NCBI GenBank assembly: GCA_963724765.1
Contig: CAVRVY010000003.1
Span: 1,216,001-1,280,000, forward strand
Reading direction: 5' to 3'
DNA: 64,000 nt
DNA from: an uncultured delta proteobacterium
Lineage (GTDB): Bacteria > Desulfobacterota > Binatia > Binatales > Binataceae
The first letter of the stretch is position 1. Every line of letters starts with the position of its first letter. A program made the translations under genes and the position numbers. This document shows, in pieces, positions 41,158 through 51,201 of the stretch. Below the pieces are notes generated by a model that made no database searches, was not told the DNA's origin, and saw only the letters and a list, made by a program, of their open reading frames with translations.

Positions 41158-43047
41158 ATGACCGCTATCACCGAGAAGCTTGCCATCTCCGCCGCAACGG
41201 CCTTCGGTCTGGTCGTCGCATTAACTCCTACGGCCAAAGCGCTCGCCCTGCGCTTGAGCATTGTCGCACCGCCTAGCGAGGAGTCGGGCCATCCAGAACC
41301 GACGCCAGTGCTCGGCGGCGTTGCGATTGTGGTCGCCGTAATCGCGGCGCTCGGCCTGGTGGGCGAGTTGCCATCATGGACGCTGGCCGGGATGCTGGCG
41401 TTGCTGGCGGTCGGCGTGCTGGACGACGCGGTCGCGTTGACGCCGATGCACAAGTTGCTCGCGCAGATCGCGGTGGTCGCGTTTTTCCTGTGGGCTGCGC
41501 CAGCCGCGCCCGAGGTCACGCGCTGGCCGCTGCTCAACCTGGGGTTGGCGGGCTTCTGGATGATCGCCGTGATCAACGCCTTCAACCTGGTTGATGGGCT
41601 CGACGGACTGGCGGCCGGGGTTGGAATTGCCGCGATGGGGGCGGTTGGCGTCGTCGCGTGGTGGTCGCGTGACGTGGCGCTGGCATGTGCGGCGTTGGCG
41701 ACCGGGGCGGCGCTGGGCGGCTTTTTGCTGTTCAACTTTTATCCGGCCTCGATTTTCATGGGCGACAGCGGCGCGCTGCCGATGGGCTTCCTGCTGGGGG
41801 CGTTGACGCTGCAAGGGGCCGCGTTGCAGCGGAATTCGCACCTTTCGAGTGCGGTCTTCCCGGTGTTGGTGATGCTGGTGCCGCTGCTCGACACCGCCAT
41901 CGTGACGGTGTCGCGGCTGGCCACGGGAAATCCGATTTCGCGCCGCGGCCTGGACCATTCGCACCATCGCCTGCTGATGCTGGGGCTGACCGTACCGCGC
42001 GCGGTGGCTGTTAGCTGGACTCTGGCGGCAACCGGCGCGCTGCTGGCGGCGGGTGCGAGCCTGCTGTCGCATGTTTATTTGCTCAGCGCGTTGCCCTTCA
42101 TGATCGGGGGAATCGGCGTGATCGGGCTGTTCATGGTCGATCTGACTTTCGAGGACCGCGCCCCGGGCATGGCCTACGGCTATTTGCAGGGCCTTGCGCG
42201 CTACATCCTGAGCCTCTGTTACAAGCGCCGGCTGGCGGAGGCGGTGCTCGACTTTGCGCTGATTCCGGCGGCCTACTTTGGCGCTTGCCTTCTGCGCCGC
42301 GATTTCAAACTCACCGACCCGCTGATCCTCTCGATGATGGGGAGCACGCCGGTATTTTTCGCTGCTACCTACGCAGCCTTCGCGCTGACCGGTGTCTATC
42401 GCGGCATCTGGCGTTATGCCGGCATCGCCGACATAATTCGCTTCGCCAACGGCTCGCTGCTGGCCGGCGTCCTGGTCGCGATCGCCTCACTGTTCATACG
42501 GCTTGAAGTCTCAGGATCGGTCGCCGTCCTGTACGTGGTACTGCTGTTCAACTTGCTGGTGTTCACGCGAATGTCGTTTCAAGTCCAGCGCCGCGCGCTC
42601 GCGCTGTTTGCGCTGCCAACCGAGCGCGTGCTGGTCGTGGGAGCGGGACGGATGGGCGAGGCAGCGGTGCGCTACATCTTCTCGGGCAACGACCGACGGG
42701 TGCGGCTCATCGGGTTCGTCGACGACGACGTGTTCAAGGAGGGCAAGCTGGTCCACGGCCATCAGGTGCTAGGATCGCTCGATGATCTGCAGCGGATCCA
42801 CACCGCGACCGGGTTCCACCGGATTCTTATCGCCGCCGACGCCATCAGCGAAGACCGCCTCGCGATGGTCAAGGCCTTCTCCGACGCCCATCATCTGCCA
42901 CTGCAGCGCTTCTCGATAGAAGTCAACGAATTCGTACCCGCCATCGCCAACGAAAATGGCAATGGCAAAGACGAAGGCAGAAACGAAGGCAAAAACGCGC
43001 TCGCGCAAGCTCCGTCGCCGGCTGCGGTACGACCGTCGGTCGCCTGA
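41158..43047 (+). CDS. MraY/WecA-family polyprenyl-phosphate sugar-1-phosphate transferase fused to a CapD-type membrane region and a Rossmann-like (CoA-binding) domain
   Basis: PVLGG, GVLDD, NAFNLVDGLDG, IFMGDSG, DHSHH; then YRGIWRY, VLVVGAG..G, IGFVDDD. Confidence 0.88.
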   Translation: MTAITEKLAISAATAFGLVVALTPTAKALALRLSIVAPPSEESGHPEPTPVLGGVAIVVAVIAALGLVGELPSWTLAGMLALLAVGVLDDAVALTPMHKLLAQIAVVAFFLWAAPAAPEVTRWPLLNLGLAGFWMIAVINAFNLVDGLDGLAAGVGIAAMGAVGVVAWWSRDVALACAALATGAALGGFLLFNFYPASIFMGDSGALPMGFLLGALTLQGAALQRNSHLSSAVFPVLVMLVPLLDTAIVTVSRLATGNPISRRGLDHSHHRLLMLGLTVPRAVAVSWTLAATGALLAAGASLLSHVYLLSALPFMIGGIGVIGLFMVDLTFEDRAPGMAYGYLQGLARYILSLCYKRRLAEAVLDFALIPAAYFGACLLRRDFKLTDPLILSMMGSTPVFFAATYAAFALTGVYRGIWRYAGIADIIRFANGSLLAGVLVAIASLFIRLEVSGSVAVLYVVLLFNLLVFTRMSFQVQRRALALFALPTERVLVVGAGRMGEAAVRYIFSGNDRRVRLIGFVDDDVFKEGKLVHGHQVLGSLDDLQRIHTATGFHRILIAADAISEDRLAMVKAFSDAHHLPLQRFSIEVNEFVPAIANENGNGKDEGRNEGKNALAQAPSPAAVRPSVA

Positions 43048-43229
43048 GGAGCACTGGCTGGCGCTGGACGCATCCGGGCAGGCCGGTTGGAAGGCCTGCA
43101 AGTATAGAGATGCTAGTGTGTTTTGTCATCTTCTGGCATTGTAGTTGTGGCGAAGGTGCTGAGCATGGCGTCTAGGCGTTTGAGGGAGCGTCAAGACGGG
43201 CGGCTGAAGAGGGAGATGCGAAGAGGTCT

Positions 43230-43592
43230 ATGAGTCGCGCACGGAAGCCAGTCAAGATTGTGCCCAAAGGATGGGGGCGCGAAGTATGGATCGTCAATGG
43301 CGAGCTCTACTGCGGCAAGATCCTCGAAATTAACAAGGGCAAGCGCTGCTCCCTGCATTTTCACAAAATCAAGAACGAATCGTTTTACCTGCGCGCGGGC
43401 CGGCTTAAGGTCCGGGTCAAGGAATCACCCGATTCCGAGGTTATCGAGGAGTTCGAACTCGCTGCCGGCGAGTGCATGGACATTCCGCTGGGGCTGGTGC
43501 ACCAGATGGAAGCGCTGGAGGACGCCGAACTGTACGAGTTCTCCACCCAGCACTTCGACAGCGACTCGCATCGTCTCGTCCCCGGCGATTAA
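43230..43592 (+). CDS. Cupin-domain protein (sugar isomerase-like)
   Basis: KGWGRE, CSLHFHKIKNESF, VHQM, EFST.H. Confidence 0.85.
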   Translation: MSRARKPVKIVPKGWGREVWIVNGELYCGKILEINKGKRCSLHFHKIKNESFYLRAGRLKVRVKESPDSEVIEEFELAAGECMDIPLGLVHQMEALEDAELYEFSTQHFDSDSHRLVPGD

Positions 43593-43613
43593 ACGGGCGG
43601 GACACGGAATAAT

Positions 43614-44630
43614 ATGGCCAAGGTTGCATTGATAACCGGGGTTACCGGGCAGGACGGCTCGTACCTCGCGGAATTTCTCATCAAACAGGGTTACGAGGTG
43701 CACGGCGTGGTGCGACGGACCTCGAGCTTCGCCACCGGGCGCATCGACCACATGCGCAAGGGCTTCGGTCCGGGTCCCTCGCCGCTGCAACTGCACTACG
43801 GTGACCTGGGCGATGGCACCGGAATGCGCGCGATTATCGAGCAGGTGCGCCCCGACGAGGTATACAATCTCGCCGCGCAGTCGCACGTGCGCATCTCCTT
43901 CGATCAGCCCGAATACACCGCGGACGTGGTCGGCCTGGGCGCGCTGCGCCTGTTGGAAGCGCTACGCGATCACAACAAGCGCCACGGCCGCGCAGCGCGC
44001 TACTACCAGGCGGGGTCGTCAGAGATGTTCGGGCGGGTCGCCGAAGTACCGCAGCGCGAGACCACGCCGTTCCATCCGCGCAGCCCCTACGCCTGCGCCA
44101 AGGTCTATGCCCACTGGCAAACGATCAATTACCGCGAGGCCTACGGGCTGTTCGCCGCCAACGGCATCCTGTTCAACCACGAATCGCCGCGCCGCGGCGA
44201 GAACTTCGTCACCCGCAAAATCACCCGCAGCGCCACCCGCATCAAGCTCGGCATGCAGGAAAAGCTTGCGTTGGGCAACCTCGACGCGCGCCGCGACTGG
44301 GGCTTTGCCGGCGACTACGTCGAAGCAATGTGGATGATGTTGCAGCAGGAGAAGCCGGACGACTATGTGATCGCCACCGGCGAAACCCATTCGGTGCAGG
44401 ATTTTCTCGAGCGCGTGTTCGAGTTGCTCAAGCTCGATTGGCACAAGTACGTCCAGTCCGATCCGCGCTACCTGCGGCCGGCCGAGGTCGACCTCCTACA
44501 GGGCGATAGCTCCAAGGCGCGGCGCCTCCTGGGATGGCAACCGCGGGTCACTTTCGAACAGCTGGTCGAGATGATGGTCGAGGCCGACCTCGAGTTGGCT
44601 GAGAGCGAGAAGCGCAGCCGCGGGCGCTGA
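43614..44630 (+). CDS. gmd: GDP-mannose 4,6-dehydratase
   Basis: [46 protein letters not shown]. Confidence 0.97.
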   Translation: MAKVALITGVTGQDGSYLAEFLIKQGYEVHGVVRRTSSFATGRIDHMRKGFGPGPSPLQLHYGDLGDGTGMRAIIEQVRPDEVYNLAAQSHVRISFDQPEYTADVVGLGALRLLEALRDHNKRHGRAARYYQAGSSEMFGRVAEVPQRETTPFHPRSPYACAKVYAHWQTINYREAYGLFAANGILFNHESPRRGENFVTRKITRSATRIKLGMQEKLALGNLDARRDWGFAGDYVEAMWMMLQQEKPDDYVIATGETHSVQDFLERVFELLKLDWHKYVQSDPRYLRPAEVDLLQGDSSKARRLLGWQPRVTFEQLVEMMVEADLELAESEKRSRGR

Positions 44631-44863
44631 CGCGCGGCACCAGCAGACCTTCCGGATCTTCCCGGTCCTCCGCGAAGCGACCGATCCGGTCCCGCGTTCC
44701 GCCATTCCCGCTCCCTTGGGATTTGAGTTGCGCCAGCGTCCCTGGGCTTTTCTTTTCCAATCAGCGAGAATGCCGCGATTGCAAATCGATTGGCCTTGCC
44801 CTCGAAGGCCATTTCGCGAAAGATGAATCGAAACGTGACAGACATTTGAGCGGGACCTTCGAT

Positions 44864-45442
44864 ATGGATCAGCGGCGACGCAGATTTTCGGCTTTCATGG
44901 TGCGCGGCGGTATCGCGCGCCATTCGCTCAACGACGAGAGCGCGGCCTTTCCCGAGAGCTTCGCGCTCACCCGGCTGCATGACGCCGTGCAGTGGGCGCG
45001 CAAGTATTCCTTTTTCAGCTATCCGTTCGTCACCGCCTGCTGCGGGATGGAATATTTTTCGGTTGCCGGCCCGCGCTACGATATCGATCGCTTCGGCGCC
45101 GCGCTGCCGCGCTTCACTCCGCGCCAGGCTGACCTGCTGTTCGTGGTCGGCACCATCACCCAGCGCCAGGCGCCCATCCTGCGCCGCGTGTGGGAGCAGA
45201 TGGCGGAGCCGAAATGGGTGGTGTCGTTCGGCGCTTGCACCAGCTCAGGCGGTCCCTATGACAACTACGCGGTGCTCCAGGGCATCGACCGCATCATCCC
45301 AGTCGACATTTATATTCCCGGATGCCCGCCGCGTCCCGAGGCTGTGCTCGACGGACTGATCAAGCTGCAGTACCGCGTCCAGAACGAACGTCAGCCACAA
45401 TTGTGGGAAAGGCTCCATGGCAGCGGACGCAAGCTCGACTAA
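44864..45442 (+). CDS. nuoB: NADH-quinone oxidoreductase subunit B (start uncertain, 44864 or 44897)
   Basis: WAR..S, TACCGME, PRQADL, EPKWVVSFGAC, DIYIPGCPPRPE. Confidence 0.93.
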   Translation: MDQRRRRFSAFMVRGGIARHSLNDESAAFPESFALTRLHDAVQWARKYSFFSYPFVTACCGMEYFSVAGPRYDIDRFGAALPRFTPRQADLLFVVGTITQRQAPILRRVWEQMAEPKWVVSFGACTSSGGPYDNYAVLQGIDRIIPVDIYIPGCPPRPEAVLDGLIKLQYRVQNERQPQLWERLHGSGRKLD

Positions 45443-47093
45443 CGCACCGAAGGTCAATGCTCCTAGCGCTCCCAAGACCGTGAAGCTCACGGTCGACGGG
45501 CGTGGGATCGAGGCGCCCGAAGGCACTGCGCTTTTGCAAGCGATGCTCGACGCGGGCCTCGACCTTCCGCACTACTGCTACCATCCCAAGCTCAGCATCG
45601 ACGGCAGTTGCCGCCTTTGCCAGGTGAAGATCGAAGGGATGCCGAAGCTGCAGATCTCGTGCAATACGCAAGTGCGCGACGGGATGGTCGTGCATACTGC
45701 TGACCCGGACGTCGCAATGGCGCGCCGCGGCGTACTCGAGATGCTTCTGCTCAACCATCCCCTGGACTGTCCGATCTGCGACAAGGCCGGAGAGTGCTGG
45801 CTGCAGAACTACGCGATGCGTTTTGGCAGCCGCCATGCGCGCACGCTCGAGCCGCGGCGCAAGCATCAGAAGCGCGTGGACATCGGCGAGCGCATGCTGC
45901 TCGACCAGGAACGATGCATCCTGTGCCGGCGCTGCGTGCGCTTTTGCCGTGAAATCAGCAAGACCGGCGAGCTCGTGATTTTCAACCTGGGCGATCGCTC
46001 GGTGCTCGATGTCTACGACCGCCGCCTCGACAATGACTACTCCATCTGCACCGCCGACATCTGCCCGGTCGGCGCGCTCGAAAGCAAGGACTTCCATCAT
46101 CGGATCCGCGTGTGGTTTCTCCAGGAGACCGCGAGCGTTTGCCCCGGATGTTCCAACGGTTGCAACATCATGATCTCGGAGTATCGCAATAGCATCTGGC
46201 GGCTGATTCCGCGCCGTAACGACGCGGTCAACGACACCTGGATGTGCGACCAAGGGCGTTTGGACTACAAGTTCGTCGACGCTCCCGAGCGCCTGCGCGC
46301 GCCGATGGTCGCACAGAGCGGCGTCCTTACTCAGACGACATGGCAGGAGGCGCTCGCGCGCGCCACCGCGGCGATCGCCGCGCTCAAGGCGCGCCACGGC
46401 GACGGTGCGATGGGCGCGGTCGTCTCGCCTCATCTTACCAACGAGGAAAATTTCTGCTTCGGCGAGTTGATGCGCGCGGCCGGCGCGGGCAAGGCCGCGA
46501 TGGCGGTGCGACGCGGCGCCGCCGACGACTTTCTGATCAAGGCCGAGAAGGCGCCAAACGCGCGTGGCGTGCGCGAGCTAGGATTGGTGAGCGGCGACGA
46601 CGACGGGCTCGGCGAGCTGCTGCGCGCCGCGGAGGCGGGCGAGCTCAAGGGACTCTATCTTTGCGGTCATGATCCGACCGATCTGTTCGACCTGCTCGAC
46701 GCGCTTGTGCCCGGGCGTCTGGAAGCAATTCTGGGGCGGCTCGAACTGCTGATCGTACAGACGCTGAGGCTCGACCAACGTCTGGGCGCCGCGACCGTCG
46801 TGTTTCCCACCACGACCTTCGCCGAGAAGGATGGCTCGTTCATCAATCACGCCGGGCGCGTGCAGCGCATCTTCAAGGCGATCGAAACGGCGCCGGGCTG
46901 GCTCAGCGACGGCGAGGTCTTTACGCGCCTGCTCAACGCGATCGATGGCGGTGAGCGCCGTTTTGACCCCGAGGCGATGTGGGAGCCGCTGGGACGCGCG
47001 CATCCGCGCTTCGCCGGGATTTCGCTGGAGGCCCTCGGGGCCAGTGGCGCGATGCTCGACGGGGTGGACGCGCAAGGCGCGGACCGCCGTTGA
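45417..47093 (+). CDS. nuoG: NADH-quinone oxidoreductase subunit G (short form)
   Basis: PHYCYHP..S.DGSCRLC, NHPLDCPICDKAGEC, RCILCRRCVRFC, CPVGAL, CPGCSNGC. Confidence 0.9.
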   Translation: MAADASSTNAPKVNAPSAPKTVKLTVDGRGIEAPEGTALLQAMLDAGLDLPHYCYHPKLSIDGSCRLCQVKIEGMPKLQISCNTQVRDGMVVHTADPDVAMARRGVLEMLLLNHPLDCPICDKAGECWLQNYAMRFGSRHARTLEPRRKHQKRVDIGERMLLDQERCILCRRCVRFCREISKTGELVIFNLGDRSVLDVYDRRLDNDYSICTADICPVGALESKDFHHRIRVWFLQETASVCPGCSNGCNIMISEYRNSIWRLIPRRNDAVNDTWMCDQGRLDYKFVDAPERLRAPMVAQSGVLTQTTWQEALARATAAIAALKARHGDGAMGAVVSPHLTNEENFCFGELMRAAGAGKAAMAVRRGAADDFLIKAEKAPNARGVRELGLVSGDDDGLGELLRAAEAGELKGLYLCGHDPTDLFDLLDALVPGRLEAILGRLELLIVQTLRLDQRLGAATVVFPTTTFAEKDGSFINHAGRVQRIFKAIETAPGWLSDGEVFTRLLNAIDGGERRFDPEAMWEPLGRAHPRFAGISLEALGASGAMLDGVDAQGADRR

Positions 47094-47183
47094 ATCGCTT
47101 GCCGTTGAGCGATCAATTGAAGCACTCTGTGGTTGCGAACCGTCATCGCCCGCCGGCACAAAGCCGCAGGGGAGCAAAAAATT

Positions 47184-48581
47184 ATGGCGACCGCAGCGGT
47201 TTTGGAACCGGGTGGCCTCAAGGGCTACCTCGCGACTCATCGCACGCTGGAAACCTATCCGGTCGGCGCGCATCGCTGGGCGATGCTGATGCTCACCGTG
47301 CTCGCCACGATCGTTTCCTTTTACGAATTCCAGTTCGCGCCGCTGCTGCCGCTGTGGATTCCGACGCTGCACTTCAGCCTGGAAAACTTCACCCTGTTTC
47401 TGCTGTTCGCGGTGCTGCTCTCCGGCGGGTCGGCGATGATTGGCGGGCCGCTTGCCGATCGCCATGGCCGCATCATCGTCATCGACGTGTGTCTCGCGAT
47501 CATCATCGTATTGACCTTTGCCAATCTGCTGATGACCGGGTTCTGGTCGTTCGTGGTCATCCGCGGCGCGATGAATCTCACGGCGGGGCTGATGTGGGGC
47601 GCGCTCGGCGGACTCACCCGCGATATGTCGCCGCGCGTTAGCCGCGGCGCAGCCTTCGGTTTGCTCACGGTCGGAGCGGTCGGCTGCATTTTCCTGTGGA
47701 ACTTCATCAGCGGCGAGACCCTGCCCATTTTCGGCACCTGGCAATCGCAGATCTGGATAATGGGGTTGCTGTCGATCCTGATGTACATCCCGGTGCTGCT
47801 GTGGCTTAAAGATCTTCATCCGACCCTGCGCCTGACCATCGTCGAGAGCGAAACCACGGTGGCCGCCGCTCCCGCCGAGCACATGCGCGCGGCAGCGATG
47901 GAAGTTCCGGCGAGCAGCGGCGCGGCCTTCAAGGAGTTGCTCAGCCGCTGGGAGGTGTGGGTCCTGGTGATCGGATGCGTGGGCTTCCTGACTCTGCCGA
48001 TCACCAGCCAGACATTTTTCCCGGTGATGTTCAACCGGGCGTTCCATTACACTCCGGCCGAGGCGGCCAAGATGGCGTCGTACTTCTGGCTGCTCAACCT
48101 GTTCATGCTGGTGCCGGCCGGATTGCTCTCGGACAAGCTGCGGGTGCGTAAGCCCCTGGTGTTGATCGGCATCGTCGCCGCTTTGGCAGTGCTGATCTGG
48201 TGGATCGGAACGTTTTCCAATCCATTGCCGCCGTTCCGGCTGGGCGCGGTGATGTTCCTGCTCGGTGGGCTGGTTGCTTTTGCCTTCATCCCATGGTGCG
48301 CGCAATATTCGGAACTGCTCGAGGACATCTCGCCCGCGCTGCAGGCGAGCGGATGGTCGTTTTTCCAGTTAATCTATCGCGGCTGGATAGCGATCTCGGG
48401 TCCGCTGGTCGCTTATGTTTCGATCCATTACGGATGGGCCGCATGGATGTGGGTGGCCGTCGCGGGCATGGTGATGCTTATTCCCGCGATGCTCGCGGTG
48501 CGCGGCGGATGGGTGCCGGCCAAGGCTGGGCCGGGCGTGGGCGAGCATCCGGCGACCACGGCGCGGCCGTCGCCGGCCTAG
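47184..48581 (+). CDS. MFS transporter
   Basis: GGGGAG RBS; GPLADRHGR motif A, GLLSDKLRVRK; about 12 TM segments. Confidence 0.9.
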   Translation: MATAAVLEPGGLKGYLATHRTLETYPVGAHRWAMLMLTVLATIVSFYEFQFAPLLPLWIPTLHFSLENFTLFLLFAVLLSGGSAMIGGPLADRHGRIIVIDVCLAIIIVLTFANLLMTGFWSFVVIRGAMNLTAGLMWGALGGLTRDMSPRVSRGAAFGLLTVGAVGCIFLWNFISGETLPIFGTWQSQIWIMGLLSILMYIPVLLWLKDLHPTLRLTIVESETTVAAAPAEHMRAAAMEVPASSGAAFKELLSRWEVWVLVIGCVGFLTLPITSQTFFPVMFNRAFHYTPAEAAKMASYFWLLNLFMLVPAGLLSDKLRVRKPLVLIGIVAALAVLIWWIGTFSNPLPPFRLGAVMFLLGGLVAFAFIPWCAQYSELLEDISPALQASGWSFFQLIYRGWIAISGPLVAYVSIHYGWAAWMWVAVAGMVMLIPAMLAVRGGWVPAKAGPGVGEHPATTARPSPA

Positions 48582-48589
48582 GCTGATAC

Positions 48590-48735
48590 TGCAAGATTTG
48601 ATTTCGGTCAAGATTGATCCGGCGAAGCTGATCCTGCAAAGTTGGTCGTGCAAAGTTGGTCCCGCGAAGTTGGGCCTGCGAAGTTGGGTCCTGCGAAGCT
48701 CATAGTGCGGAATTCGTAGTGGAAGATTGGTACTG
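48590..48735 (+). repeat. About 10 x 14-bp degenerate tandem repeat filling the MFS-nuoI spacer
   Basis: ggcgaagctgatcc tgcaaagttggtcg tgcaaagttggtcc cgcgaagttgggcc tgcgaagttgggtcc tgcgaagctcatag tgcggaattcgtag. Confidence 0.8.
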
Positions 48736-48756
48736 CGGACAGGTGAAGCGACCCAG

Positions 48757-49290
48757 ATGGCGGTTGGAGTAGTAAAGGTCGCCCGGCCGGCGCCAAGCCT
48801 GGTCGGGCCGCACTCGTTGCGGGCTGTGCTGGTGGGTCTGTGGGTCGCCAGCGCTCATCTGCTGCGCAATCTCTTTGGTTTCATGCGCGGACGGCAGGAT
48901 TTCACCGTTTATTTTCCAGAGCAACGCTTCGTACAACCGCCGGCGATGCGCGGGATGCCGGTGCTGGTGCAGATGGAAAGCGGCAAGGAAAAATGCGTCG
49001 CGTGCGGGCTATGCGAATGGGCCTGTCCCACCACCTGCATCACGATCTTTCCCGCCGAGACCGCCGACGAGGTCGAGCGCTATCCCGAGATTTTCGACAT
49101 CGACATGTCGCGATGCATGTTTTGCGGGCTGTGCGAGGAGGCCTGCCCCGAAGAGGCGATCGTGATGAGCCGCGAAGTCGAAATCGCGAGCTACTCGCGC
49201 CGCGGCTCGCTCTGGCACAAGGCCGATTTGCTGGTGCCGCAGGATCGCCTCAAGACTCGAATCGATTTTCTGCGCGGCCACTACGAATAG
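48757..49290 (+). CDS. nuoI: NADH-quinone oxidoreductase subunit I
   Basis: T.YFPE, RG.P.L, CVACGLCEWACP, RCMFCGLCEEACP. Confidence 0.92.
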   Translation: MAVGVVKVARPAPSLVGPHSLRAVLVGLWVASAHLLRNLFGFMRGRQDFTVYFPEQRFVQPPAMRGMPVLVQMESGKEKCVACGLCEWACPTTCITIFPAETADEVERYPEIFDIDMSRCMFCGLCEEACPEEAIVMSREVEIASYSRRGSLWHKADLLVPQDRLKTRIDFLRGHYE

Positions 49291-49305
49291 GGCGAGAATA
49301 GTCCG

Positions 49306-49962
49306 ATGAGCGCCACCGAGGAACCAAAAACGCCGCCACCGCCGCCAGAGCCTTCCGCGCTCCTGCAAAAGGTGATCGCGCGGCTCGGCCCGCTGGTCGC
49401 CGAGCATCAGAGCTTTCGTGGCGACGACTGCATCCATGTGGCGCGCGAGAATATTGTCGAAGTGGCGCGCGCGCTGCGCGACTCGTCCGAGCTTGGCTTC
49501 GATCTGCTGCTCGACGTGACCTGCGTCGATTACTTCGGCCAGCCCGACGGATTCCACAACGCGCCCGAGACCTGGGATCGCAATCATAACCTGGTGCGCA
49601 AGCGCGCCGAGTGGCGCCATCGCGTGAATTTGCCCGCGCGCGGCGACGCGCCACGCTTCGCCGTGGTCTATCATCTGGTTTCCACCCGCCTGTTCCATCG
49701 CCTGCGCGTGAAGTGCCGGGTGCCCGAGGACGACCCGGCGATCGCAAGCCTCAGCGCGTTATGGTCGGGCGCAAACTGGCTCGAACGCGAAACGTTCGAC
49801 CTCTATGGCATCCGCTTCGACGGCCATCCGGACCTCCGCCGCATCTACCTCTACGACGAATTCGTCGGCCATCCGCTGCGTAAGGACTACGCCAAGCACG
49901 ACGAACAACCGATTCAGCCCTATGCCGGACCGGGAGCCAACGAACCGCGCCGTCCCCGCTAA
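49306..49962 (+). CDS. nuoC: NADH-quinone oxidoreductase subunit C
   Basis: DVTCVDY, RFAVVYHL, ANWLERETFDLYGIRFDGHPDLRRI, GHPLRKDY. Confidence 0.94.
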   Translation: MSATEEPKTPPPPPEPSALLQKVIARLGPLVAEHQSFRGDDCIHVARENIVEVARALRDSSELGFDLLLDVTCVDYFGQPDGFHNAPETWDRNHNLVRKRAEWRHRVNLPARGDAPRFAVVYHLVSTRLFHRLRVKCRVPEDDPAIASLSALWSGANWLERETFDLYGIRFDGHPDLRRIYLYDEFVGHPLRKDYAKHDEQPIQPYAGPGANEPRRPR

Positions 49963-51160
49963 CGCGCCGCTCGTCGATACGGCGCGCGATCTGCAAACGC
50001 CTTTGATGCGGATGCAGATGGGCCCGTCGCATCCGGCGACCCACGGCACGGTCAAGATGGTGCTCGACCTCGACGGCGAGCGGGTGGTCAAGGCCGACAT
50101 CCAGGTCGGCTATCTCCATCGCGGCTTCGAGAAGGAGTGCGAGACCGGCTACTACTACCAAAACATCCCGTACACCGACCGCCTGAACTACAGCTCGCCG
50201 ATGCTCAACAACGTCGGCTACTGTCTGGCGGTCGAGAAGCTGATGGACTTGAGCACGCCGCCGCGCTGCGATTTCATCCGCGTGATCGCGGGCGAAATCT
50301 CGCGCATGAGCGACCACTACCTGTGCCTGGGTGCGATGGCGCTTGAGCTGGCGGCGATGACGCCGTTTCTTTACCTGCTCGAGGCGCGCGAGTTGATGTG
50401 CGACTTGCTCGACGCGCTCTGCGGCGCGCGCGTCACCACCAACTACATCCGTATCGGCGGCGTCTCGGCCGATCTGCCCGAGGGTTTCGATCGCTTCGCC
50501 GTCGATCGGCTGGACCGCTCGCTCGTCTTGCTCAGCGACGCCGACAAGCTGCTTACGCAAAATCCGGTTTTTCGCGATCGCGTCGAAGGCACCGGCCATC
50601 TGGCGCCCGCAGCGCTGATCGCGCACGGAGTGACCGGTCCGCTCCTGCGCGCCGGCGGCGTGGCCTACGACGTGCGCCGCGTGCAGCCATATCTGGTGTA
50701 CGGAGAGTTGGATTTCGACGTTCCGGTTGGCGAGCATAGCGACAACTTCGATCGCTACCTGGTGCGCCTGGAGGAATTGCGCCAGAGCCGCCGCATGATC
50801 GCGCAATGCTTCGAGAAAATTCCCGCCGGCCCCGTCAACTCCGACGACCTCCGCGTGCGCTGGCCGCGCAAGGGCAAGGTGTTCGGCCGGATGGAAGAAT
50901 TGATCGACCAGTTCAAGCTGGTCACCGAGGGCGGCCTCGTCCCGCCGGGCGAGGTCTACCACGCGGTCGAGGGCGCCAACGGCGAACTCGGTTTCTATAT
51001 CGTGAGTGACGGCACCGGCAAGCCCTACAAATGCCGATGCCGCGCGCCGAGCTTTTCCAACATGTCGGCGCTGGAGAAGATGATCACCGGCGGGATGCTG
51101 GCTGACGTGGTGCCGACGTTCGACTTGATCAACATGATCGGCGGCGAGTGCGACCGCTAG
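49922..51160 (+). CDS. nuoD: NADH-quinone oxidoreductase subunit D (start may be 50006)
   Basis: MGPSHPATHG, GYLHRGFEK, DRLNY, GELG, RAPSF, GECDR end; no NiFe CxxC motifs. Confidence 0.95.
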   Translation: MPDREPTNRAVPANAPLVDTARDLQTPLMRMQMGPSHPATHGTVKMVLDLDGERVVKADIQVGYLHRGFEKECETGYYYQNIPYTDRLNYSSPMLNNVGYCLAVEKLMDLSTPPRCDFIRVIAGEISRMSDHYLCLGAMALELAAMTPFLYLLEARELMCDLLDALCGARVTTNYIRIGGVSADLPEGFDRFAVDRLDRSLVLLSDADKLLTQNPVFRDRVEGTGHLAPAALIAHGVTGPLLRAGGVAYDVRRVQPYLVYGELDFDVPVGEHSDNFDRYLVRLEELRQSRRMIAQCFEKIPAGPVNSDDLRVRWPRKGKVFGRMEELIDQFKLVTEGGLVPPGEVYHAVEGANGELGFYIVSDGTGKPYKCRCRAPSFSNMSALEKMITGGMLADVVPTFDLINMIGGECDR

Positions 51161-51201
51161 GGCGCTCGGCTGCCGCGACAACGGCTTGAGTATGAAACAC
51201 G

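Noticed and set aside
48590-48735. Possible CRISPR array
   Set aside because: Units are 14 bp, contiguous and degenerate, with no unique spacers and no cas genes.
49922-51160. Group 4 [NiFe]-hydrogenase large subunit
   Set aside because: Lacks the N- and C-terminal CxxC nickel-binding motifs and has complex I NuoD signatures.
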